NCBI GenBank assembly: GCA_038496445.1
Contig: JALMLS010000085.1
Coordinates: 124,001 to 188,000 of the forward strand
Source: Trichosphaerium sp. ATCC 40318
Taxonomy: Eukaryota; Protista; Tubulinea
Direction: 5' to 3'
Length of the DNA stretch: 64,000 nt
Made by a program: the position numbers and the translations under genes
In this document: positions 38,627-49,712 of the stretch, one piece after another
Numbering within the stretch: position 1 is the stretch's first letter
Layout: each line of letters opens with the position of its first letter
The notes under the pieces: generated by a model
Database searches by the model: none
What the model was told of the DNA's origin: nothing
Seen by the model: only the letters and a program-made list of their open reading frames with translations

Positions 38627-41600
38627 TATTATGTGCCAGCAATAGATTCAAGACCACGATCAGTTATCAGGATATTACCATCAATACTCAATGTGTACTC
38701 CAGCAAGTACAACAAGACTGTTATCTGTGATTGTTTCGTTGTAAGACAAGTGTATAGCATGAACACCACCTAGAAGAATGACCTCTTTCTGTAACTAAGA
38801 GTCACCATTCGACAGAATTCAATTTTGTTTATTTTATTGCATTAGAAAACATACACAAAGAACAAGTAGTGTTGATGTTGTTGAAACGAATGCTGAGGAT
38901 GGCGATGATCCTTGTTCTGTTGGTGATAATACAGGTTCGTTTGAAGGTGGTGTAGTTGGTTGCATGGGTTCAGGTGTGGGTACGGATGGAGGGACAAAGT
39001 CGTTTAAACAACTGTCAGAATTCTTTTCATTTTTAACAAAAAATTCAAGTTCTGTGCCGAAAATACCCGAGTACGTATTTGCTGTTACCTAAAGGTGTAT
39101 AAGGTAACGATTCAGAAAGTACAGATACTTACAAAATATAAATTCTCATCGTTGTCATAGAGCATATCTCCTGCTCTTGCTCCATAATTTTGGAATCTTC
39201 GTTCAGTTTGAGTAACTTTGTTTGTTGATAGAGTGTACTCAACATTGAATTGATTCAACGGAGCATTTCCTTCGCTTCCAAGATGCAATATGATCCTGAA
39301 TTCGTCTTGTGAACCATACAAGGCTGATACAGATATACCACGGTATTGATCATTGTTAAAAGTTGCAGATGTAAAATTTGTATTTAGCTCAATTGGATCT
39401 TCATTTGAGATGGTTCCGTTCTGACAATTGACCTTTACTCTAAAAGCCAAGAGTCTGCCGTCATACAACGATGGAGCCACAAGAAGCATTGTACTTGTTT
39501 CTGCGTTGTAAGCCATGTGCTTTGGGCTCATTCGTGGAAATGGAGTTTCGTACTGGAAGCCAGTTATGTTATATGATTGGAATACCTACGTACAATGTTA
39601 ATTGCTTGTTTTGTGACCACATTATAAGTATTAAGTGCGAATACGTACTTGTTCAAATAAATAGGTTCTTAGAAGTAATCTCCTTGTTAGTGAGTTTAAG
39701 GCATAGTTAACAAAGCAGTCATTCTCAATCTGTACTACCGCCTCTAAAAACCTTGTAATATTTCTCTCTTGACGTGTAATCTCTCCACCATTTGTCAACC
39801 AAACAGTAGTCCTTAGAGTCTTTGTAGACCATATACCTGCATCTTAAATGAAGGTTATTTAGATTACTACAATAGAATTGTGTACTTGGAACATAATGTG
39901 TCTGATAAATTGAGCTGGATGTTGAAAGAACGAGTGTACTCGGTGTCTTGACTCTCACTATTTGCTAAGCGTTTTGATAAGTATTTATTGTACGTATTTA
40001 AGGTGTTCGTACTGTGGCATTGGCATCAAAGCTCATAAACTTTCGACTACTCCTATATTGAAAGAATAATCTGACTTCATTCCTTCCTTGCAAAATAGTC
40101 CTTGGAGATCCCTCAAATTCAAACATGTGACTGTAACGACCAAACGCAAGATCTAGTTGTTGTTGGTCTTTTTAATTATGTTGATGTTTTGTACCTTCAT
40201 AGGAGATGAAATAGATGCGACCAAAATAAGGGTAATCGGATACTTGATAGTTGAGATCAGTGCCAACTGCTACAATAAGGAAGCGAACACCATTCAATAT
40301 GCCCAATCCAGTTTTAGTTACTGTGAATGTATAGTTTCGTAAGCTATCATCAAATTGTCTCAGACTTTGTGGAAAATCGCAATCAAGAAATGAGATTGGT
40401 GCTATTTGAGAAACATATTAGAACATTTATACTCTTGTTTGCGTACGTATGACAGCAGTCTCAGTTGTAATAGGAGTTGTGGTGCATTCGCACGTATCCA
40501 GTACTCTATAATAAAATGGAGAAAAGCCTTCAGGAGTTACAGACAACTGAAGATAGTAAGAACAAGAAAAAAAAGAGAACTAACGTACAATAATATGACA
40601 ATCATACCCAAACAGAATGTTGGCAATATGAACAGAACCTTCACGGAAATTAACTCCTCCTCTTGTTATATCACCGTTATCTTTCAACGCGATCACTGGC
40701 TGATATGATTCACCTCCATGAGTAATATAAGCGATGATATCCCCGGCTTCGTCTTCAGTTGACGTCATATCGATAAACTCAATAGATCCGTATCCTTCAT
40801 ATCCGTTCTTAATGTTTGCTATTTCAATTGCGGTTCCTGTAAGCGATACAACGCCTGTATCGTAGTCCACGCTCATGAATTGAATGTAAGATGTACGAGA
40901 TTTTGATGTGTCCATGTTCCAAGCAATCACGTGTTTACCACGTGCAAAATTTCTCATCACTTTGAATGAATGAGTGTTGTTTTGATCCAAGTTGTTAACT
41001 ACAAGGGTTGATCGCTTCAAGGCGTTTCCGCCTTTTGAAATAACCACAGCTGTGAGATTGCGTTCATCTTTGGTGGCATACACAAGAAGGAGGTTATTCT
41101 TGTCTCCAAGAGTTAAGGAAATATCTTCTACATTGCTCAAGTCTAGCAGAGCAAAGTCAGCTTTACATGTATTGTTTGAATTGTGAGGTACCGAACGATA
41201 TTTGTTTGGTCTCTTTGATACTCTCTGGAGAAGTAAAAGAACTTAAAGTCACAAGTTTGGAACTACCAAGGTAAGCATAGTAATATAAATCATCGACTAA
41301 CATATTGATTAGAGTCAGTACAAATGCGAGTGAAAATTGTACTCTGGTCATAAACAGCGCTAAATGATCGAATGGTTGCATCATCAGGAATATCTGTTAT
41401 GTTGAGGCTTCCGCCTGTCATTAGGTAATACTTATATCGCATTAGATACGGACTAATGACTTTTCAAAACTTACACTTGATGTTGATGCATTGTAATGAA
41501 GCCATTGTAAATATAGATCATTACTGTTCCTGTTCAAATATAAAATAGCCATCTCGTCTTTACCAGGAACTACAGCAACAAGTCTTCCGTAAATAGAATC

Positions 41601-42014
41601 TCCCACTTGCTGAAGATCAGCATTTACAATACCTGAAGGCGAATATCAGAAGTTATCATGAGGCGAACATTGAACGTACTTGATGCTTGGCTTGCGAATA
41701 TTTTAAATGTCGTAGCGATGTAACCTCGTTTGGATCTCTCTGTGGAATCATCATCTTCAGCAGGTACCAGTACAATCGTTTTTTCCCCTCCGACAATACC
41801 CTTTGACATTGGCACGCGCAACCCATATCTCTCATTGTACCGGACATACTTTTCTGTAGCTAAGATACCGCTACTAAACGCACCTAGACCGAAAATTACC
41901 AAAGTTTGCAGTTTAAAAAAAATGTATTTAGAGCCTCTACATTTCAGAAATCGATCTCTTACCTCCTGCTAGTGTACATATCAGTATTATTCTAAACGCT
42001 ATGAAGCGTGTCAT
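38627..42014 (-). CDS. Large secreted/surface beta-rich protein with Pro/Thr linker; possible frameshift in last exon
   Basis: Signal-like start MTRFIAFRIILICTLA; about 12 open exons; many NxS/T sites; PSVPTPEPMQPTTPP linker; last exon appears to shift frame near 38690. Confidence 0.65.
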
Positions 42015-42264
42015 TGTTTAAGTTGTTTAACGAACCTAAAGTTTAAGTTGTGTTAAGCGAAGGTCACGTGCAATATTGCCCACTGTCGTGTGCTAGCGTA
42101 GCCAATAGTGGGGTGATAGTTAATCTACACTATGAATTATAGTGGTGAAGTTACCTAGAGAATAACGCTACCTCGCTTAGAGTAATCTTAAATATTTATC
42201 TAATCAGACGATGTCGATTGTTTTTCACCAATCGCTGAAATCTCTAGAGAAAAAGTGATATGTT

Positions 42265-43138
42265 GGTTACCGCCATAAAAGCAGTTCTGAGCGCAAGGAG
42301 GTGAAGACGTAACACCTTCTGCGAAAACAAGAAACCTAAACAAAACCGATCAGAATCACGTGTTTTTCTAGACTTAAATACCGTTCTCCACCATTTGAAT
42401 GTATATAGTTTGATATGCGCTACCGCTGCATCCCAGTCCGTCTTAATATTTCCAGTGTTCCATGTACTTGAAAAGTTATAGTTAGAAGAGAACACTCAAC
42501 AAGCCAATGTCACCTTGAAAAGGTTCGTTCTTTATATCAAAAGCAACTACATTCCATGTGTTAGCGCAGCGCTTGATAAGTTTGGACTAGAGGTTTTTAT
42601 CAATATTACTTATGCCAGTAAGTAACTCAAAGGGGTGCATACCATCCGTGTAGAACTAATGACTCAGGGTGAGATCCATCATACCTTTTTGACAGTAGTT
42701 AACAAAATGATTCATAAAACCTAGTTTACCATAGTCCATTACTAGCATACGCGTCAGCTTCTAAAGAGTGCAAATCAAGCGTTATTAAGATACCACATTT
42801 ACCAGCTTCGTTTATTATTGTATCCATAACTTGCATAGATGTCAAACTGTGACAAAAAAAAAAATACAAGCAAACAAATATTATGTACTTACTTTTGTAA
42901 ATCTTGGTTTATTAAGTAGCCAGAATGATTATAGTGTCCGATACCATTAAGCATGGGATCACCCAATACCAAATCATGGTAAAAGGAACGCGCATCGCAT
43001 TGAAATCTGCGTACTGTCAGCAAAAACGAAAAACTCGAAAAAAAGAAAACAAAAGTTAACTTTTTGTTCGCTTGAATGAAGTCCAAAAAGACATGATAAT
43101 CAATGTCCCATCAAACCATGGAATACGCGAATAGATGT
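42265..43138 (-). pseudogene. GH5 endoglucanase (cellulase) pseudogene
   Basis: VFHGL/WDIDY..FLDFI, FNAMRVPF, NQDLQNLTSMQVMDTIINEAGKCGILITLDLH, GLWYD, VVAFDIKNEP, TWNTGNIKTDW and LVFAEGV..CFYGG follow the GH5_1 motif order; at least 3-4 frameshifts; no nucleophile region found. Confidence 0.8.
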
Positions 43139-44152
43139 CTAAGATTATATCTTGTATCAAGTCACAATAAATAAAATGATTTCTGGCTTACACATACGCC
43201 AAAGAGGGATCAAGACCGCTTCCTAACATAATTTCGTGTTATACTGAGGGTAGAATTCTTGTCTGAATGTCATGTCAACTTGAATTGTGCTTAGTTTGCC
43301 TGTAGGTAAAATCGACATTCAAACGTGAATTTTTAACAAGCAGTAACATTTAGTTTGCTATTTACATGTTTTCTCTGAAAGTAGGCACTAACATTCTCGC
43401 AGTGTTTAATGTGTACGCTATATTGGTCAACCTTAAAGGACACATTCTTACTTGTAGAAGTTCTGTTCAATAAAATCCCAACATGCTCGCTGGGTTAAAA
43501 GATTAACAAATTAAACGGTTTGCAGAATGGTAATAGTTGAAAGAATACCTCGCAACCAAGATCCAAAATGTGTTCTTTCACGTGATCACCCGAGATATGT
43601 TGTCGTCTTTTAAGCTAGAAATCGCTCCAACAGTTGTACTGCTAGTGTAGCATCTCGTGAAAACAAAAAACAGCTTGCTGTTAAAAGGTTGAACAACATG
43701 TGAATCAGAAAACGTGACAATTTGCGGGACAAAACGTGAAGTAATACTAAACCCTTTTATAAAATCTGTTTATACAACATTTTTATACTTGCAATAATAC
43801 ATAACTTAAGGTTGGGTGTAATAGAGTGAAATGAATTGTTACATGAGGTAGTACTAAAAAAGGTTTAAATATGTTTTGCTCTTTGTTTGTCACTACATGT
43901 CTTGCCTTTAATGTTTTGCCTGAAAATGAGCTAGTTTTCGCTAGGAAGTGCATCGATATCGCTAGGTTCTGAATGCTAGAAAACAAACGACGGGTACAGT
44001 CACGTATTTAATGTAAGAAATAAATCTTTAAATTTTAACCTGTTTAAAAAAAAAGTGAACAATCCATCGCAAAATAAGTTCTCCTATTTTCTCGTAAACA
44101 ATTCACATTGTTGACCAAAGTTTAAAGCGCATAAGTATTCAACATACAAACA

Positions 44153-44704
44153 ATGCAACACTCCTGTCTAATACTATCCCTTCTCGCTCTCGCAGTACTG
44201 TGTGCGGTATGAAAAAAAACCCCAAAGCAGTAATCTTGTTTATTTTATCTATAGAGTCAATCTACCGATGCCCCAACCGACCATCCAATAGTCCAATGTT
44301 TATATGGGTGTACTACAGCTATGGCTGCATGTGAAAGACAATGCGCAAAACCATGTTTTCGTACTCTAAGAAACTGCCGCGTGGATTGTTTCCGTGGAAA
44401 AAGACGTCCAACTAAACCGCCAAGAGATGCAAACAGTAATACCCCAACCGAAAACCCAATAGCCCTTTGTACCGGTGAATGCCTTGCAGAAAATGAGAGC
44501 TGCAACCAGGAGTGTTCGCGGCGCCAATGTTATCCAGTTTACGGTCGCTGCCGCCTGGATTGTTTTGGGGGAGAGCTACCAAGAGACTTTGAAGAGATTC
44601 CACCAGGCACTCCACTAAATGCTTGTATAGAAGGCTGTAAAACGGATCCAGGCTCAAGTTTTAATCGTTGTAGGGCTCACTGCTTTGAAATGCATCCGCT
44701 ATGA
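44153..44704 (+). CDS. Secreted cysteine-rich (CxxxC repeat) peptide precursor
   Basis: Signal peptide MQHSCLILSLLALAVLCA, one intron, three internally homologous P(I/L)xxCxxxC...CRxxCF modules. Confidence 0.8.
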
Positions 44705-45148
44705 CCATTAATCACGTGACTGTTACTTTATTACTTCATAATAAACCCTATCAAAGTTCAAAATGTTTAGAATACTGTATACCTCATACATCCTCTACAA
44801 ATTCTTCTTCTATTCAGTACGAAACTGGTATTTACTTGCAATTTTTTGAGATTGTTGATTGACAAACTGGTGCACCGTACTAGTTCAATAAAAGTGAAAT
44901 GACAAAGGAAATGTTTGCCAGTAATATGTAGTTAGTTTTTCTAGATTGAAAGTACATAGGTTGCTAAACAGCTCTAAGTGCACCTTAGCACAGATTGAAC
45001 TTTATGTGAAACACGTACTGAACTAGTCATTGAGTTGTACCAAAGAGCTTAAAGGGGTACGCACTCTTTTGAAAAGAATTGTAACAGCTACTTAAAGGAT
45101 ATCTTAAATACGTATCACTTAACAGCATAATTTTAATCTATCAAACAG

Positions 45149-46701
45149 GTTGCAACACCTCTTCGGAAAATTACCGTATTTCAACGTAAACAACCTCAAC
45201 TCAAGAGATATCATGATTAACAACGATTCACCTATCCACTTAACGCTACAGTTAAAGATAAAGCATCCTAACAAAGAACAACTCGTAACTTTATTAAACA
45301 ACATCCTCTCACCATGTGGCTTGGAAGACGCTTCAGAAAAGTCCAAAACAGTACGATTTTTTTTACATAATCAATCTAAACGACTTTTCTGTTTAGTTCT
45401 GTGAAACTGCCTTTAATGCACAAGGATCATTTGCATTGTTTAGTGGGAACCATGATATTGGCGCTATTGAAGTTTCTATGTTCACTCCTGACGAAACAGA
45501 CTTTGTTCAAGCACTAAAATCAGCCCAATGGTTTCAGAAAAAAGTGCCTCAAGCTGATCTTCGGGCAGATTATTTGAATGCACTTGTGGCTATACGAAGA
45601 ATGGGATTTACTAAAACTACAACAAACTTCAAACTTCTTAAAAAGTGCAAGTTTGGAAGGACTCGCAATATCAATAGGGCTGTAAAACAATTAAAGGTAA
45701 TTCAATACATAAACACGTGACTTTTTACAATGACGCCAGGACGAGTATGAGTATGTACGGCAACGAAACAGAGAACGTGTAGAGCGTAGAAAAAAGAGAA
45801 GGGGGAAAAAGAGAGCTAGAAAAGTTGCCACGCAGCCACAAACCCAAAAGACTCCGGAAAAACAAGTCGCCAGTCGTATGGAACAAAGTCAAAGACCAAA
45901 TAAACGTAGAAAAAAATGTGAAACAAGCGACTCTACTACTCCGATTTCTGAGATTCCTGACATACCAATGTACGCTTATAGCACAGCACCTTTTGTTTTG
46001 TGGTAGAAGACTAATCATTTCTCTACAGGACTTACTATTTCCCAAATGAAGTCACTCATGCAGTTGTTGACGCAACTTCTATCGTTTTTGCTCTAAAGCC
46101 ACTTCGCCAAATGAATCCTACGACCAAGCAATTGGAAAGCGTACAAACTTTACTCATTCGTATCACTACAGAGTTTATTCAAAGACATAGCACTCTAACT
46201 TGTATTGTCCTACTTTTCTCTCACAACAAAAAAGGAAAAAGAATTAAGTACGAACACGTATTTTCTAAGAAATTAAAGAACAAGTTAAACCTTGAACTAA
46301 CTATGTTATAGAACAGACAGCGGACAAGAGATTGCGATTGTCGGATGTAACGGTATAACGTTAGACGAAAGATTAAAGAAATGGGCTGCTGACAACGAAG
46401 AAAATATTAGTACGACGCTAGTAGCAACATCAGATAGGTAATTTCTTTTTCGTTTTTTTGAAGATAGAGTACCATCTAGATCTTACTTTGAGATAGAACA
46501 GTGCATTTCATGATGTACCCAAAGGGTGTACGGTTCTTGTCTACTGCACAAGGTTGGTTAGGAATGATGAGGACAACGTTGATGCCCAGTGCTAAGAATT
46601 TCACTCAAATGGTTAGAGCATTCAAAGACACCAAACAAACAAGAGCTGAGCTAGTTGAGAAAATGAAAACAATGAATTTAGACGAAGATAAAGAAATATG
46701 A
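45149..46701 (+). CDS. UBA + basic linker + NYN/YacP-like PIN-fold protein (5' end uncertain)
   Basis: UBA-like LVAIRRMGF....NFKLLKK....NINRAVKQL; PIN-like HAVVDATS, VLLFS, TLDERL, LVATSDR and GVRFLS in in-frame spliced exons. Confidence 0.6.
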
Positions 46702-47059
46702 TACCATGTGAAGTAGTAATAAAACATTGCGAACTCGACTTTTTTTTGTTGCTCTACAAGGAGCGTAGAGAACAAAAACGTCTTCAGAATTTTGCAAACT
46801 TGATATAATTGTAAATACTGAATATTTCAAATACCGCTTTTTTCTTCAAAAAGTAGTAACAATTTCAGTCTTCAGCACCATCTCTGGTATTATCTCGCTA
46901 TCTGTTTATCAATAATCATGTGAACACAAACAATTGCGAAATTTCGGAACTTTTTTTTCCACTTCACGTTTTTAGCCGAAAATAAATAACGTGAAATAAA
47001 AATAGCAGTTGCCTTAATCGCCTAAATAAGGTACCCATATTGGAAAACCATCGTACACC

Positions 47060-47938
47060 ATGCTGCTTACCAAAGTATCATTATGTATCGCGTTCCTAGT
47101 CTTCTTAGCGTTGTCAAACGCTCTACCTAACATTGGTTACACAATAGTCCCAATTAGCAGTTCTACGATGTGTAAGGGCTGTAGATATAGCGTTTACAGT
47201 GGTAGATTTCTAGATTGTAATGGTGCTTACCGCGAAGCTACAAAAAGTGGTTGCAATAGCGCTCAGGGTTGGGGTAACTGTGACGGAGGTCCAACAAACA
47301 CTAACCCTTCGCTTGACGAATGCAGAAATCTATGCGAAGCCGCTTCAGGTTGTAGATACTTCTCATACGTACAAGGTATTTTGAAAGGCACTAAGCTTTG
47401 CTGGTTGACATACATGACGAGATGCAGCAACCAGCTCTCCAACAATCCACACAAAACGGTCAACTACAAAAAGCCTGCCTACACGGTAATCAAGAAATAC
47501 ACTCCAGGAAGGGATTACTCTCTGCACAGTGGAACTGGAGGAACAAAAGGACAAAATGCGTATATCTATAGAAGTTCAGGAAGTAATAAGAACCAACATT
47601 GGATTCAAACACCAGTAGCTACATCGGCGGGTTTATTCTACGCTTACCAGAAGAGAGGAACAAATATGTGTATTACTGCTGGTAGCGGAGGCGCAAAGGG
47701 TCAAAATGTATACCTAACGGACTGTAACGAAAGCGATATTAACCAACAATGGCGTAAAAGAAGAGCGAATACCCTGTTTTCGTCAAAAACATGGTATCAA
47801 TTAGAAAAGAGGGGTACAAAGTATAGTATTGACGGGAGCCTAAGAAATGTTAATCGTCAAAATGTTAACTTGCAGAGGACCGGTGTCTCGATATTAAGTA
47901 GCTTCACACAACACTGGCGCTTCAAAACCGTGTATTGA
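47060..47938 (+). CDS. Secreted Cys-rich (PAN/apple-like) plus ricin-B lectin protein, intronless
   Basis: Signal peptide; ECRNLC....CRYFSY......LCWL; three QxW subdomains (NQHW, NQQW, TQHW) with G(G)xxGQNxY repeats. Confidence 0.85.
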   Translation: MLLTKVSLCIAFLVFLALSNALPNIGYTIVPISSSTMCKGCRYSVYSGRFLDCNGAYREATKSGCNSAQGWGNCDGGPTNTNPSLDECRNLCEAASGCRYFSYVQGILKGTKLCWLTYMTRCSNQLSNNPHKTVNYKKPAYTVIKKYTPGRDYSLHSGTGGTKGQNAYIYRSSGSNKNQHWIQTPVATSAGLFYAYQKRGTNMCITAGSGGAKGQNVYLTDCNESDINQQWRKRRANTLFSSKTWYQLEKRGTKYSIDGSLRNVNRQNVNLQRTGVSILSSFTQHWRFKTVY

Positions 47939-48357
47939 ATAAAACAACTCTTCAACCTTCTATATTTTTTTTTTAGATTGATCTTTTATGTTCGCTAAAT
48001 GGAAGTGAACAATCTGGCAAAAATCGACGGCATGCCAAACCTTCAGAAAGCGCGCCTTGGCAAAAACCTTCCAGTGTGGGAAAGCTTACCAGAACTGTTC
48101 GGTATCATGTGGAAGTCCGAAAGTGTTAGAGAAAAAAAAGTCCTAAAAAACAGTTTTGTGCTGGTTGTGCGCTCAGTAGCCGCGCTGGCTGTTCAGCCTT
48201 TTGTTTGCTTTCCAATAAAAAAAACCCATTTTGACTGTGTACTCTACAAGCTATCCACTTGTGTATCTTTATGGAGTACTTCACGTGAGCAGAGCAGAAA
48301 ATCACGTGTGGGCTACAACTGTATGACCTTTTAAAAGGTTTTAACGTTTGAAAAATA

Positions 48358-49469
48358 TCCCATGGAGGGACACATTTTTTTTAGTGGGCGGACACAGTTT
48401 AGGTCCACGAATTGTACAATAAATGCACTCTTGACCATGATAGCAATATATAGCACAACAGTACATATCCTCATGGTAAAAAAAACAGCAGAGGGTGAGC
48501 GATACATAAAAAATAAAACGTCTTTCCAAATAAGTAAAAATAGCATTACTATGAGCAAAAAGATATTTTAGACCTAAAAATTATCAGCAAGCACACCATA
48601 TATCTATTCAAACAGTTTTGGCGGGGTTAGCATGTATAGGGGACAAAAGGGGAAAAAATCCATGAACACTTTTTTCAAAACCATGCTTAACGTCCTTGCT
48701 GATTATGTGTAATACAGGAAAATAAAAAAACCAAGCAAGAGCATGCATTGAAACAGAGTAATTAGCCCAAATTTCAAAAAAAAGTTGACTTTTTATGTGC
48801 TGTGTTTAGATGATTCAGAAAACCCTACCAAAAAAACAGTTTGTAAAAAACAAAATTGTTCTATATATAGTAATACCTCTTTAGCACCTATGACAAAGAA
48901 AAATACAGCTTTTGAAAGGCATGTCACGTCAGTATGTTTTATGAAATTTAGTAGCAAAATACACTTTTCGCATGGATATAGCACCTCAGCAAACTTTTCC
49001 TTTCAGCTATCAATATTGTTTTACACAGCACATATATGTGTTTTTAGATACTATAAACAGGCATTAGAAAAGGTTGTTTTGTAAGCTCATAATACTTGAA
49101 GTAAAAGTGCATTTTTGACGGTTTTTGGGTTTAGATTAGGCATGAACTTACTGTTTTATTATTGCACTACACCTTGTATTTTTGTTTTAATCGATCTTAA
49201 ATAGCAAATATAACGAGAAGGGGAGTATAAGAGCTTCATATAGTATGTGAAGCAGAGACGAAAATTACACCCCAAAATTTTTAAGTTGTTTTCCTATGTG
49301 CGTAATTGGCTACCCTTACTATGTTATGATTTACCACTGCACGGTGTTAAAGTATATAGTGTATACTTTCATATTATAGAGTTACACAATGACTTATCCA
49401 TTTGATGTCAATTTATGAATGAAATATTTTTGTGTCCCTTCACCAAAAAATCTGTGTTCCTCCTAGGGA
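48358..49469. mobile_element. Non-autonomous TIR DNA transposon (~1.1 kb) flanked by TA
   Basis: Left end TA|TCCCATGGAGGGACACATTTTTTTTAGTGGGCGGACACA versus right end reverse complement TA|TCCCTAGGAGGAACACAGATTTTTTGGTGAAGGGACACA; no transposase ORF inside. Confidence 0.7.
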
Positions 49470-49712
49470 TATAGCGTTATTTTAGGTCAAGTCCTTAGTT
49501 CCAGAACCCACAATACCTGGCCGGAAAATAAAAACGTTAGCGAAAAACTATCAGTGAAAACAGCAGATTTTCAAGACTCGTTTTTGGCCTACAATACATA
49601 TTGCGCTAAGGTTGAAGTAAAACTCAAAGTCTTATGTTACATTAAGCTACCTTGACGTCAAGAATGGTCTTCAACGTCTATTTTACAAAAAACGAACCAG
49701 TGGCTAACCAAA

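Noticed and set aside
43090-43135. LicD-like IPW.D.DID motif
   Set aside because: Artefact of mixing frames; the surrounding exons are clearly GH5
47999-49084. Short ORFs as transposase or Fanzor/TnpB
   Set aside because: No DDE, RuvC or zinc-finger motifs; composition looks non-coding
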